From positions 61,407 to 125,406 of the forward strand of contig CAYTIC010000008.1 in the NCBI GenBank assembly GCA_964437795.1: a stretch of DNA of 64,000 bases, read 5' to 3'. This stretch comes from an uncultured Dehalococcoidales bacterium. GTDB taxonomy: Bacteria > Chloroflexota > Dehalococcoidia > GIF9 > UBA5629. Each line of letters begins with the position of its first letter. The stretch's first letter is position 1. Shown here in pieces: positions 8,967 to 18,586 of this stretch. The translations under genes and the position numbers were made by a program. The notes under the pieces are model-generated. The model was not told the origin of the DNA and did no database searches. It saw nothing but the letters and a program-made list of their open reading frames with translations.

Positions 8967-10775
8967 TCAGCTGACGCTGTTTATGCCGTCCATGTTGTCC
9001 ATGTCATCCGTATGCTTTGGTAAGTCCATGATTGTATATTTGTTGTCGTTGTCTTTGTCTAGCAGTCCGGACTTAAGCATACTGGAGATCAGGCTCCTGA
9101 TTGTGCTTGGGTTACGTCCCAATTCGGTAGCTATTTCTTTGGGCGTGATCGGGCCTTTCTCCCGGATGACTTCCAATATGGCCTTTCTTTCATCGCTCAT
9201 GAAGTAGTCTTCAGCGTTACCAAGCACAGTCCACGACGCATCTTTGTTATGTTCGACAGCTATCTCCTGCTCTTCTCTGATATCGCGGCCAGTAATGTAA
9301 AGCTTAGCTAGTCTACCTTTGACTCGCTGAAGTACGAACACGTTGTCGACCCCCGCAGTGAGACCAAACGAGCCGCTGACTGCCTCCAACGGGTCTTCGG
9401 ATTTTTGTTTACGAAGATGGTGGACACCGAGTATTGCGATATTTCTCCTCGAAGCCAACTCCTGAAGGGGCCTCATCGCATCGTAATCTTCGGCATAGAC
9501 CGTTGATCTACCTTTACGTATGATAACCCGTTGCATTACATCGATGACTATCAATTTGGTATCTGGGTGTTCATCGAGGAATAGTTCGATCTGTTCGACG
9601 CAGCCCGTTTCCATGTTCGGCCACCTTATCTCAAAGTACAAGTTATCTGGGTCGGCATAGTTCTCTCCTTCTAAATCCCATGTGCCATCCTCCTGCTTTA
9701 TCAGCTTACCTTTAATTCCGATTTGCGTATTACGTTCCTGCAGCCGCCTTAGATTGTCTTCCAAGGCTAGATACAATACGTCTCCAGAACACGGTAAATT
9801 TGGAGCTATCCCTGCTTTAAACGGCCCGGAGAAACTCAGAAAGTCACGCCCCAGGGCCACACTTCTTGCTATCAATAAGGCTAGCCAGCTTTTGCCAACC
9901 TTGGGCCTGCCAGCTAAGATTGAAAGCCCCACTGGCAGCAAACCTTCGTAAACCCACTGCGTTTCCGGCAGTTCCATCACAGCAAGTTCTGCCGCTGAGA
10001 TGATATTGGGCTGGTAGAAATCCCTGACGACAATACCTGCATATTTCCAAGCACTCTCTACCTTGGCCATTGCTTCAGCCTCGGGGAAAGGCGGGGTACA
10101 TTTCGCTGCTGCTATTAACACAAGATACTCGATCGCAGGACGATCAAGCCCCTTACTTTTGAGGAAGCAAGCATATCGAAAGAGCTTGTCATCCCGTTGC
10201 CCTTCTGGTACGCCATCTAGCACGGTCACAAGGGCTCTATCCTGTGTCTTAGCAGCCTTCATCGGATTGATCAGCTCCTTAGGGAACTCGGCAAGTTCTA
10301 TCTCATTAGGAGCCTTGCCCTCCGCAAAACGATATTTTTTACCGGTTTCCGGATGCACGCTCGGGGGAGCGGCCACGATCCCACCCTCGGCGCGGATATC
10401 AACATGAGGCAAAATATTAGTGCCTGTCTTAACTCCGCTGTCCGGGTAACGATAGTAATAGTGCCAGCCACCACCGCCAGTTTCGACTGTAATAGTGTCC
10501 GGCAAGGTGATTCCCGCCTGCTTGAGGCTTTCCTTTCCTTCTAATCCGTCTACATCAACTACGGCCAATCCGGACACTGGCCCGGTCACTATGCCGATGT
10601 TGGGAGTTCGGCCTGACCCCCACCAGACTTTGTGTTGCGCGGATTCACTACGTTGAGTCTGATACCGCTTCCATCTGCCGCGCGGCCTCTTGCCATCCAG
10701 TGGTATCACGCACCATTTAAGCCACCTATACTGGTTAACAACGTGAGGAAGAATACTGCTATCCCAATTAGCCAT
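8967..10775 (-). CDS. Plasmid/phage-type replication protein: an N-terminal bifunctional primase-polymerase (prim-pol) domain, a RecA-fold AAA_25/RepA-like helicase domain and a C-terminal winged-helix region.
   Basis: AVVDVDG and GGGGWHYYYRY prim-pol motifs. Walker A GRPKVGKSWLALLIA. A C-terminal DNA-binding-like region. Confidence 0.75.
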   Translation of the reverse strand: MANWDSSILPHVVNQYRWLKWCVIPLDGKRPRGRWKRYQTQRSESAQHKVWWGSGRTPNIGIVTGPVSGLAVVDVDGLEGKESLKQAGITLPDTITVETGGGGWHYYYRYPDSGVKTGTNILPHVDIRAEGGIVAAPPSVHPETGKKYRFAEGKAPNEIELAEFPKELINPMKAAKTQDRALVTVLDGVPEGQRDDKLFRYACFLKSKGLDRPAIEYLVLIAAAKCTPPFPEAEAMAKVESAWKYAGIVVRDFYQPNIISAAELAVMELPETQWVYEGLLPVGLSILAGRPKVGKSWLALLIARSVALGRDFLSFSGPFKAGIAPNLPCSGDVLYLALEDNLRRLQERNTQIGIKGKLIKQEDGTWDLEGENYADPDNLYFEIRWPNMETGCVEQIELFLDEHPDTKLIVIDVMQRVIIRKGRSTVYAEDYDAMRPLQELASRRNIAILGVHHLRKQKSEDPLEAVSGSFGLTAGVDNVFVLQRVKGRLAKLYITGRDIREEQEIAVEHNKDASWTVLGNAEDYFMSDERKAILEVIREKGPITPKEIATELGRNPSTIRSLISSMLKSGLLDKDNDNKYTIMDLPKHTDDMDNMDGINSVS

Positions 10776-10794
10776 TGTATGAATCTCCTTTTTA

Positions 10795-11001
10795 TTAATT
10801 CTTAGCCATTAGATTTGTCTTGTACCAAATAAGCCGATCTGTATCTTCAGCCATTTCAAGTATAGATTCGATTGTGATAGATATCTGACCGCCCGAGCGC
10901 ACAAAGTCCAGTAGTCCCAATGTCGCCATCAGAGCAACCTGGGCAGCAGACACATTGAGCACCCGAGCCGTTGCTTCGACATCTATGCAGTATATTTCGC
11001 T
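10795..11001 (-). CDS. Small hypothetical protein, probably starting at a GTG with an AAGGAGG site, immediately upstream of the primase gene
   Basis: AAGGAGG-6nt-GTG. A 20-bp gap to the primase start on the same strand. Confidence 0.35.
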   Translation of the reverse strand, partial: SEIYCIDVEATARVLNVSAAQVALMATLGLLDFVRSGGQISITIESILEMAEDTDRLIWYKTNLMAKN

Positions 11002-11209
11002 CACAATAAACCTCCTTAATAACTCGTGTTTTGATTTCAATCGACCTTTAATATTCTTAAGGCATTGACAGCACCTGCGCAGGGTGTTATGCTTGAGACA
11101 TGACGATAATACGCTATCATTGTTTATTTCTATACAACTCTCTAATAATAATTATACAGGAAGATAAATCGCGTGTCAAGAGCGAATATGAACGTGAAGT
11201 AGGAGTTTT

Positions 11210-11641
11210 ATGAAAAAAGTCATATATAGCGATGAAATGAAGTACTTTGCTCTAAGTAAGCGAAGGGAAGGATTAGGTTGGTGGGATATTAGGAGGGCGG
11301 TGCAAGATAAGTTCAAGTTAGAGCCGATTCCAACCATCCGTGCGATGCAGCGATGGGAGGAGGTTCTTAATATCGATGAGCTAAGCGAGTCTGTAGCGAA
11401 GAACCTGGATATCAAGGCTCAGGCATCAGCAAGCACTGGGATGGTTGATTTAGCTGAGACTCTGTTGCATAGCTTATGGGGGACTCGGCATTTGGGCGAA
11501 CAAGTGGAGTATGATGGATGGAAGCATTTTCTATCGACTTTAGAACGCATCTGGGGCACCGAGAAGCTACGCGGATATGTCGGGAAATATCTGGCAGAGC
11601 GTGAAGGGCAGCCTGATTATTCACCCTCGTTGCTTGAATGA
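11210..11641 (+). CDS. Hypothetical protein (island gene)
   Basis: An AGGAG site upstream of the ATG. 143 aa with no recognised domain. Confidence 0.4.
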   Translation: MKKVIYSDEMKYFALSKRREGLGWWDIRRAVQDKFKLEPIPTIRAMQRWEEVLNIDELSESVAKNLDIKAQASASTGMVDLAETLLHSLWGTRHLGEQVEYDGWKHFLSTLERIWGTEKLRGYVGKYLAEREGQPDYSPSLLE

Positions 11642-11653
11642 TATACAAACCCT

Positions 11654-11689
11654 GTAGACAGTGTAGACAGTGTAGACAGTGTGAATGAC
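11654..11689. repeat. Tandem 9-bp repeat (TGTAGACAG x3 plus a partial unit) upstream of the integrase gene. It is either iterons or recombinase arm-type sites.
   Basis: TGTAGACAGTGTAGACAGTGTAGACAGTGTGAATGA. There are additional single units at 11725-11738 and an inverted partial at 11761-11770. Confidence 0.7.
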
Positions 11690-11887
11690 ATAATGCGCCC
11701 ACGATGGAGTAACTGCCCATCTATGGTGTAGACAGCCATTTTCTGTGTGTGTGTCCATGCTGTCTATAGTGTTTATACGTCCTGCTTTCTCATCCACCAA
11801 ACCGGCTGCCCTTCGAATGCTATTTCTAAACCTTCCGCCTCGAAGTACAATGTTTTTCAAGTACGGAAAGACGCTGGAGGTTATACA

Positions 11888-13021
11888 ATGCGAGGCTATA
11901 TCAGAAAACGAGGCAAAAACTACCAGCTGACCATATGGGTAGGTAAAAAGCCCGACGGGCGACCGTCGAGGCATTTCGAAACAATACGAGGAAGCAAAGC
12001 CGATGCACAGAGGAGACTCAGGGAGCTTCTCAGCGAGATCGACCGGAACACCTACACTGCTCCCAGCCATATGACGCTTGCACAGCTTCTCGACCAGTGG
12101 CTGGATGGATATTGCCGGACCAAGTGCTCTATGCGTACACAGGACAGCTATGAGTACCTTGTCCGGTGCCACCTGGTTCCGGCTATGGGGCATATCAAGC
12201 TTGATGAGCTGCAACCGCGCATTATCCAGAACTACTATGGCAAAGCATGTGAAAATGTGTCCAATCGCACGGTCTTACATACTCATAGAGTTCTGAGTCA
12301 GGCATTGAAGTGGGCTGTGAGACAAGGGTATGCAGGCAAGAACCCCGCTGAGCTAACTGACCCGCCCACACCACTGTATAGGAACATGACCACTTTATCG
12401 TCTGCTGAGGTTAGCCTCCTGCTGGAACATGCACAGGGTAATGACTATTATCCGGTCATCTATACGGCTATCTCCACCGGGCTGAGACGAAACGAGATAC
12501 TTGGCCTACGCTGGCGAGACGTTGATCTCCTCATGGCAAGCATATCGGTCAGCCAGGTTCTGTATAAAGGCAGGGGTAGAATCGAGTTCAAAGAGCCGAA
12601 GACTGAGCACAGCAGGCGCAGGGTAGCTATGACACCCAAGCTTGCCATCTATCTGAGGGAGCATAAAGAACGGCAAGAACAGTCAATGAGGAGGCCGCTC
12701 ACTCTTGATGACCTCGTATTCAGCCACCCCGATGGCACTCCTCTTGATCCCAGCACGGTAAGCCACAGCTTCAACAAGATCGTGAAAGCAGCGGGGCTTA
12801 AGGTCAGGTTTCATGACCTCCGGCATTCCTGTGCAAGCCTAATGCTGAGAGAGGGAATCCATCCCAAGATTGTCAGTGAGATGCTGGGTCATTCGAGCGT
12901 TGCGATCACGCTAGATATATACAGCCACGTTACCCCTGGACTTCAGGAAGCCGCTGCAAAAAGCCTAAACGAAGTGCTACCTGCTGGCGTAGCGGATGCG
13001 ATGCAAAACAGCGTCAAGTAG
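11888..13021 (+). CDS. int: Tyrosine-type site-specific integrase
   Basis: GGAGG site upstream of the ATG at 11888. A core-binding/SAM-like N-terminal region. The catalytic region has HDLRHSCASLML (H-x-x-R) and the tyrosine in LDIYSHV. Confidence 0.9.
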   Translation: MRGYIRKRGKNYQLTIWVGKKPDGRPSRHFETIRGSKADAQRRLRELLSEIDRNTYTAPSHMTLAQLLDQWLDGYCRTKCSMRTQDSYEYLVRCHLVPAMGHIKLDELQPRIIQNYYGKACENVSNRTVLHTHRVLSQALKWAVRQGYAGKNPAELTDPPTPLYRNMTTLSSAEVSLLLEHAQGNDYYPVIYTAISTGLRRNEILGLRWRDVDLLMASISVSQVLYKGRGRIEFKEPKTEHSRRRVAMTPKLAIYLREHKERQEQSMRRPLTLDDLVFSHPDGTPLDPSTVSHSFNKIVKAAGLKVRFHDLRHSCASLMLREGIHPKIVSEMLGHSSVAITLDIYSHVTPGLQEAAAKSLNEVLPAGVADAMQNSVK

Positions 13022-13054
13022 CAGACACAGATAATGACATCGACCCTTAAACGG

Positions 13055-13987
13055 TTACCTTGTATCTACAGGTGTCCCTAGCATCTGTTGGCTGTTGGCT
13101 GCAAATGACGCGTACTGGCATTCATGCTGGAGAAACAGGCCCAACTGGATCAATGATATATGGTGGTTCCGCATGTCATTGGCAGTGATCACTATGGTCA
13201 GCTTGTCTGCAAACGTCTTTTCGGAGCAGGCGGCAATGAACGATTTGATCATTTCATGTATTACCTCCTCTCTGGTTTGCTTTAGGCGTCCGAAACCTGT
13301 CCCAAGCACGGGCGCAACGAGGGACTCTTTCAAACCTCGTTGCCCAACAAACACCCACAGAGAGGCAAGGGCCTGTTGCAGGTCGTCGAATGTCACTGAC
13401 GCTACTCCATATTGGTTTATGTGCGCTATTGCGACGAAATAACCTGTACGATCTTTGGGATTAAGTCGAACGCAAGTCCCTATAGGGTATCTTCTCGATT
13501 TTCCTATACGTGTTCCAGCAAGGTCTCCGCCTACCAGTCCGCTCAGACAAGCGGACAATTCGGCATCAAGCTGGGTTTCATCACCATAGAAACGTCTTGT
13601 GAAAATTCCTTGGACACTTGCCTCAGCTATCATTTCCCTCGATATCCGTGTGTCAAAAGTAGTGTTCGAACCAACGATGAAGGCCCCCGAGAATCCAAGA
13701 AGATCACCGATAGCGATCTCGATAGTTGTATCGCGGCCATTGAGCTTGTGGGATACTGTCAACTGAGGTCTCCGCATAAGTCCCGCGATAATCAAGCCAA
13801 TGAGTCCAAAGTATATCCACTGACTACGAAGCCAGTCCGGGAGCTTTGTATTAGCAAAGAAAAACGTCGTGATCTCAACGAGAAGCCACAGCGCTCCGAA
13901 GGAACTGAGTATGGCTATCAGCGTTTTCCAGGAAATGATGTTCCTAAGCCATGTGATTATCCAGTACCAGGTTCTATTAATTATCAT
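13055..13987 (-). CDS. 2TM plus macro-like-domain protein, similar to ThsA of Thoeris type II
   Basis: Two N-terminal TM helices, then a domain carrying FIVGSNTTFDT and APVLGTGFGRL segments that resemble macro-domain motifs. It overlaps the upstream TIR gene by 4 bp. Confidence 0.45.
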   Translation of the reverse strand: MIINRTWYWIITWLRNIISWKTLIAILSSFGALWLLVEITTFFFANTKLPDWLRSQWIYFGLIGLIIAGLMRRPQLTVSHKLNGRDTTIEIAIGDLLGFSGAFIVGSNTTFDTRISREMIAEASVQGIFTRRFYGDETQLDAELSACLSGLVGGDLAGTRIGKSRRYPIGTCVRLNPKDRTGYFVAIAHINQYGVASVTFDDLQQALASLWVFVGQRGLKESLVAPVLGTGFGRLKQTREEVIHEMIKSFIAACSEKTFADKLTIVITANDMRNHHISLIQLGLFLQHECQYASFAANSQQMLGTPVDTR

Positions 13988-14487
13988 AGTCCCAAACGTG
14001 TGTATACTTCAGGTTTATAGTAGAATGGCCCGGTTTTACCTTCCTTACGGTAGGTTTCGTCACTGCTTGGCCAATTATCAAGAGCATATTGCATGATTGC
14101 TGCATTAAATGGTATATGAACCGCTAAAGCTTCTTTTGCCAAGGTCGGGCAACGTTCCTCATCCATTGCACGTTGCCCGTTAAGGTTCACTACTATTATG
14201 GGTAGAGTCCTAGATATGGCCTGTTCTATCTCCCATCTTACAAATTTCATGAGGTAACGAGTCCGCTCACCTGCTAATAAAATAAAGATTTTGGAATTCC
14301 GCATTCGCTCGGCCAATTGAGCTTTTACGGATGCTTCCTGACTCGAGTCTCTAGCTGTGTTAAGGTCGTGAGCATTATAGAAATTGAAGTCTATGCCGTC
14401 ATTTTGTTTCCATGCTTGCATAAGCCGATAATATGCCATGTCTATATCACCGTCGAACGAGACAAAAGTTTTATTACGGTACGGCAT
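13984..14487 (-). CDS. TIR-like (DUF1863/MTH538-type) domain protein, similar to ThsB
   Basis: An AGGAGG site 7 nt upstream of the ATG at 14487. KTFVSFDGDIDMAYYRLMQAW...FNFYNAHD...IFILLAGERT...FVRWEIEQA...LPIIVVNL fits the TIR-like fold with a conserved Glu. Confidence 0.6.
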   Translation of the reverse strand: MPYRNKTFVSFDGDIDMAYYRLMQAWKQNDGIDFNFYNAHDLNTARDSSQEASVKAQLAERMRNSKIFILLAGERTRYLMKFVRWEIEQAISRTLPIIVVNLNGQRAMDEERCPTLAKEALAVHIPFNAAIMQYALDNWPSSDETYRKEGKTGPFYYKPEVYTRLGL

Positions 14488-14691
14488 TATAATTGACCTC
14501 CTGAAGGATTTTGGTTGCGCTATCAAAGAAGTAATAGAAACATATAAATTTTGCTAATGCAGTCAGTGGGTTAAACCCATGCGCCCGCCAATTTGTCATG
14601 CCTCCAATGAAGTGCATGCGATTATTATAATACAGAATTATGTCGCATAGATAGCTCGCCAGAGTATTTGTATCTATTTGAAGCTCAAGCG

Positions 14692-14807
14692 TCAAACGAG
14701 CGCCAACCGGAAGTAGCCTCATATTGAGGTGCATGTAAGTGTATAGAAGTCGCTGATCTCTTACACACAGGGGGTCGCTGGTTCAAATCCAGCATCGCCC
14801 ACCATCC
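14692..14807 (+). repeat. 116-bp direct repeat whose 3-prime 45 nt are a copy of the tRNA-Val(TAC) 3-prime end (att-like site, copy 2)
   Basis: TCTTACACACAGGGGGTCGCTGGTTCAAATCCAGCATCGCCCACCATCC differs from tRNA-Val 1553-1600 at two positions. The upstream 70 nt are shared with copy 3. Confidence 0.8.
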
Positions 14808-14930
14808 CTGTTCTCCGATCGTGCCCAGAAAAGTCGTTACTTGATGGGTGAGGTATATGCAGGTGTTATGAAGAGCGTCATGGAAAGCGGCAGGGGAAAA
14901 GAATGGCAAGGCAGTTGGTAATGATGAAAA

Positions 14931-15608
14931 TTATCCGCGGAAGTCGGTTGATAGGAAACGTTCTATTCCATCGATCATATCTATGACCACTTCTTTGGTG
15001 TATTCGTCGAATTTTCCATGAGCTGCTGAATTACCGATATCTAGCCATGCTTGAATAAAACGCCACTGCGGTTGAGGGTACTTGTCTAGTTTTTTCAACT
15101 CATCATTTAGTGCTGATGCTTTTTGTTCAGCATCAATGTTTTCGCTTCGTGCTAACCGTTTGAGCGTATCTTCCAGTACAGTTCTAGCAAGAACAGCAGC
15201 AGGGTCTTTATATCCGTTTTGAGCCAGGTGCTTTGCTTGCTCCAAGATGGAATCAAAAAGGTCTCCAGCTATGATAAACTCCTGCCCGAGCAAATACCCA
15301 TTTTCTAGATCTGATAAAGCACCCTGTAATAAACCAACGAATTCGTAGACCTGGGAAGCAACTTCGATGCTTTTGGCCCCATCTTTTGGTATCAACTCTT
15401 CAAGATGATGGAATTGGGGGCTTTGTCTCCCAAATACCAGCTCAATAATATTTCGCGTACTGGCTAACCAACCGTGAAGTCTGACTTTGTCTTCACCTTG
15501 TATGTAACGAAAACCGTCAGATGTCTTTTCAAGTTTTGCTATAGTCTTGCCCTCAATGACCAACTCATTAAGCCGATCTGCATATCTCCGGTTTTTCATA
15601 CTAAGCAT
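14931..15608 (-). CDS. DUF4145-like domain protein (tentative), a candidate defence-associated protein
   Basis: The C-terminal region ...LARTVLEDTLKRL...WLDIGNSAAHGKFDE... resembles DUF4145, a domain seen fused to restriction enzymes. Confidence 0.4.
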   Translation of the reverse strand: MLSMKNRRYADRLNELVIEGKTIAKLEKTSDGFRYIQGEDKVRLHGWLASTRNIIELVFGRQSPQFHHLEELIPKDGAKSIEVASQVYEFVGLLQGALSDLENGYLLGQEFIIAGDLFDSILEQAKHLAQNGYKDPAAVLARTVLEDTLKRLARSENIDAEQKASALNDELKKLDKYPQPQWRFIQAWLDIGNSAAHGKFDEYTKEVVIDMIDGIERFLSTDFRG

Positions 15609-15748
15609 TTATTCTCCCCAGCTGATCTCCATTTCCAGGATAGGCATGATTTCAAAGCCTATGCACGGCTAGTGTTCTTTGATCCATTTTATCAGGTTTT
15701 CTTTCAGAAAAACTCGTTTTTTCAAAGGAAAAAATCTTCAAGGTGTTC

Positions 15749-16864
15749 CTATTGTATCTTCATTTTTCGCCCCTTCAAATGGTGCCAGTCTTGGTTAAGA
15801 AGCGCTCCGTATGCCAAAGGATTATGCTGAAATTGTAAGCGATTTTTCCTGCGGTAAATAGAGCGTGAGATAGCTGCTGGGATAGATGCAACGCCAACCC
15901 CCATAGTAATTGGTTCATTAGCTTGAATTCCCACCATCAATGAACCGCTACCTATTATAATTGGGAAGATATCTAAGAGTATTATGTCATGCCATGTTTC
16001 TTTCATATGAGTCGAAATATACTCAATTTCCTGATTCAATTCTTGAATAGTTAATTCTCTTTTTTCGTCACGATCCTTTCGATCAATTAGATTAGCCAGA
16101 TCAATAGATAATCCTTCAATATGGTCACGAAACCGGGCAAGTTCAGCATGATGTTTCCCCTTGAATTTTAAAATCTTACTTAGGCTCAGTTCATCCTTGG
16201 GAAAGGGCATTATGTATTTCAGTATTTCATTTCTCTGGTCAGTACGTTCCCCAACTGATTTTCTATTTCCACCTAGCAGACGAAAACAGGTTTTATTATT
16301 GGTGACAGGAGCACTATCGACTTCAGGAAGGCTACCGATATAAGTAGCAAGATATGTCATGAAAGCATCGGCTACCCATCTATCCATTTCATACCATGGG
16401 TAATCGGTGCTGACCGCTAAATTCATACGTACCAGTTCATCGGCAACAGAACTAAGCTTCTCGGCATGCACAGGGAACCTTTGAGATGCATTCTCTGTGA
16501 TCGGATTTCTTCGACTTTTAATTCTTCTCCTAATGAATTCTATAAAAGGTTTGCCAAACTCATCAGCATTATCAATGAGTTTATGAGGCTCTATGAAGTC
16601 AACTAGTCCTTCCTTCTTGAGTGTGGACATGTGTGGTAGCAGTCTCCGGCGATCATAAGCACACTCAGAAGGTACTATAGAACTTAACCGGTCCCAGTAT
16701 AATAGCATTAGATATAACCAGTCATTATCTGGAAGATTAATATACGGAAAATACAAAGCCTTAGTTCTCATCTCGTTACTGCCTCCGTAGATTAGCCGTT
16801 GCTTAGAAAATATTCTATCTGTTAATTCTTCGTATAGGGTAGTTCCATGTTTCACTATTGTCAA
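15749..16864 (-). CDS. Hypothetical 371-aa protein with no recognisable domain, upstream partner of the DUF4145-like gene
   Basis: Long ORF on the same strand, 140 bp upstream of 14931-15608, lying between att-like repeats 2 and 3. Confidence 0.4.
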   Translation of the reverse strand: MTIVKHGTTLYEELTDRIFSKQRLIYGGSNEMRTKALYFPYINLPDNDWLYLMLLYWDRLSSIVPSECAYDRRRLLPHMSTLKKEGLVDFIEPHKLIDNADEFGKPFIEFIRRRIKSRRNPITENASQRFPVHAEKLSSVADELVRMNLAVSTDYPWYEMDRWVADAFMTYLATYIGSLPEVDSAPVTNNKTCFRLLGGNRKSVGERTDQRNEILKYIMPFPKDELSLSKILKFKGKHHAELARFRDHIEGLSIDLANLIDRKDRDEKRELTIQELNQEIEYISTHMKETWHDIILLDIFPIIIGSGSLMVGIQANEPITMGVGVASIPAAISRSIYRRKNRLQFQHNPLAYGALLNQDWHHLKGRKMKIQ

Positions 16865-16876
16865 CTGCCTCCAAAA

Positions 16877-16991
16877 TCAAACGAGCGCCAACCGGAAGTT
16901 GCCTCATATAAAGGTGTAAGCAGCTACATAGTAGTCGCTGATCTCTTACACACAGGGTGTCACTGGTTCAAATCCAGTATCGCCCACCATC
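16877..16991 (+). repeat. Copy 3 of the 115-bp direct repeat ending in the tRNA-Val(TAC) 3-prime end (att-like)
   Basis: About 88% identical to 14692-14807. It ends ...GTCACTGGTTCAAATCCAGTATCGCCCACCATC. Confidence 0.8.
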
Positions 16992-17170
16992 TAAAAACAA
17001 AATGTCTCAAGTGAATCCTTCCTGTATGCGCTGTGTACATCATCGTTTTACCGGGGGCTTAAGAGGAAATAGTCATGTTGGTAATATCTGATACCAATGT
17101 AAATAATAGATAGCTCCCCAGCTCAACGATGAATAACCGGGGAGCTATTTACCGGATGTTCTTTGACAAA

Positions 17171-18283
17171 CTATAAATGGTTCTTGGGGCTATGCTTGAG
17201 CTCTTTTACTAACTTGGCTACCTTTTTCCATCTGAGTTTTTCATACTGACGCGTGCTGTGCTCCTCCCTTGATGCAAGGTAGCTTACCTCCTTTTGTAAT
17301 TTCCTGTAGCTTTCCAATCTGGATGGGTCAAAATCACCTTGATCGATAGCTGCTTTTACAGCGCAGCCGGATTCGAGGTTGTGGCTGCAATCGCTGAAGC
17401 GGCATCTTTTAGCCAGTGTCTCGATGTCGTGAAAGGCAGCTTGCAGATCTTCTTCTCCTGCCCACATCTGGATCTCTCTCATACCCGGTGTATCGATTAC
17501 CATGCCACCGCCGGGAAGAATGATGAGTTCGCGTTTGGTCGTAGTATGTCGCCCCATGCGGTCATCTTCGCGAACTTCTCCAATCTGCTGTTTCTCTATA
17601 CCAAGCAGGGCATTGATGAGCGCCGACTTCCCAACTCCGGAAGATCCCAGAAAAGCGGCTGTTTTCCCTCTGTTCAGGTAATTTTTAAGGGCATCTAACC
17701 CGATACGTTCCTTGGCGCTGACAGGATGAACTGATATACCAGGAGCAATAGTTTCAATGCTATGGGTATAGATATCAATATCCGTACACAGGTCCACCTT
17801 ATTGAGGACGATTACCGGAGTGGCTCCACTATTCCATGCAAGCGTAAGATACCGCTCAATCCTGCGAAGATTGAAATTTCTGCCGCCGTCCAGACCACTG
17901 ACAATGAAAACTGTGTCTATATTAGCTGAGACGATCTGTTCTTCGGTACGTGCGCCAGCGACTTTTCTGGAAAATTTACTCTTTCTGGGTAGCAAGGCAT
18001 GAATTGTGCATTTCTGTTCATTGATTAATGGTTTAATTACAACCCAATCACCGACAGCCGGATATTGTTTTTCAGCCTTGGCAAGGTGTCGCATTTTGCC
18101 CGTAACCCCAGCAGTTAATTCCCCATATTGACTGTATACCTGAAAAGCACCCTTAAATTCAGAAATGACTCTGGCAGGTACCGAATCGGGGATTTTCAAG
18201 GCGTGGAAGTTTTTCTGAAAAAACGAATCCCATCCAATATCCTGGAGGCTTATTGGCCGGGCATAATTTGAATTTATACTCAA
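17171..18283 (-). CDS. rsgA: Ribosome small-subunit-dependent GTPase A (YjeQ)
   Basis: OB-fold N-terminus, circularly permuted GTPase motifs (LNKVDL, GSSGVGKSALINAL, DTPG) and a C-terminal zinc finger CRFSDCSHNLESGC. Confidence 0.8.
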   Translation of the reverse strand: MSINSNYARPISLQDIGWDSFFQKNFHALKIPDSVPARVISEFKGAFQVYSQYGELTAGVTGKMRHLAKAEKQYPAVGDWVVIKPLINEQKCTIHALLPRKSKFSRKVAGARTEEQIVSANIDTVFIVSGLDGGRNFNLRRIERYLTLAWNSGATPVIVLNKVDLCTDIDIYTHSIETIAPGISVHPVSAKERIGLDALKNYLNRGKTAAFLGSSGVGKSALINALLGIEKQQIGEVREDDRMGRHTTTKRELIILPGGGMVIDTPGMREIQMWAGEEDLQAAFHDIETLAKRCRFSDCSHNLESGCAVKAAIDQGDFDPSRLESYRKLQKEVSYLASREEHSTRQYEKLRWKKVAKLVKELKHSPKNHL

Positions 18284-18586
18284 TTCTTTCTCCTTTTCGA
18301 AAGTAAGGTAATCAAGACTTTATCAGGCGATAAAGAAGCAACGGATTAACACCCCGCGGCTAACCTTGTCTTACTTCCTAATCAAGAGAAAAACAAAAAA
18401 GCCGTTCCCTTTGGAACAGCTAATAGTTCACTCATTCAAAACAGGAATATGGTATTTAGCTGGAAACCCGCAGGGGTGCGATATCCGCAGTTATTACGAT
18501 GGCAAGCATCAACAATCCTCCTTTATATTTATTCTATTGAAAATACTATCATTACTGTCCCGCGAATTCAAACTAATATTGATTGG

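Noticed and set aside
11654-11689. Possible CRISPR array
   Set aside because: The units are 9 bp and contiguous with no spacers, and there are no cas genes. It is an iteron or arm-site array, not CRISPR.
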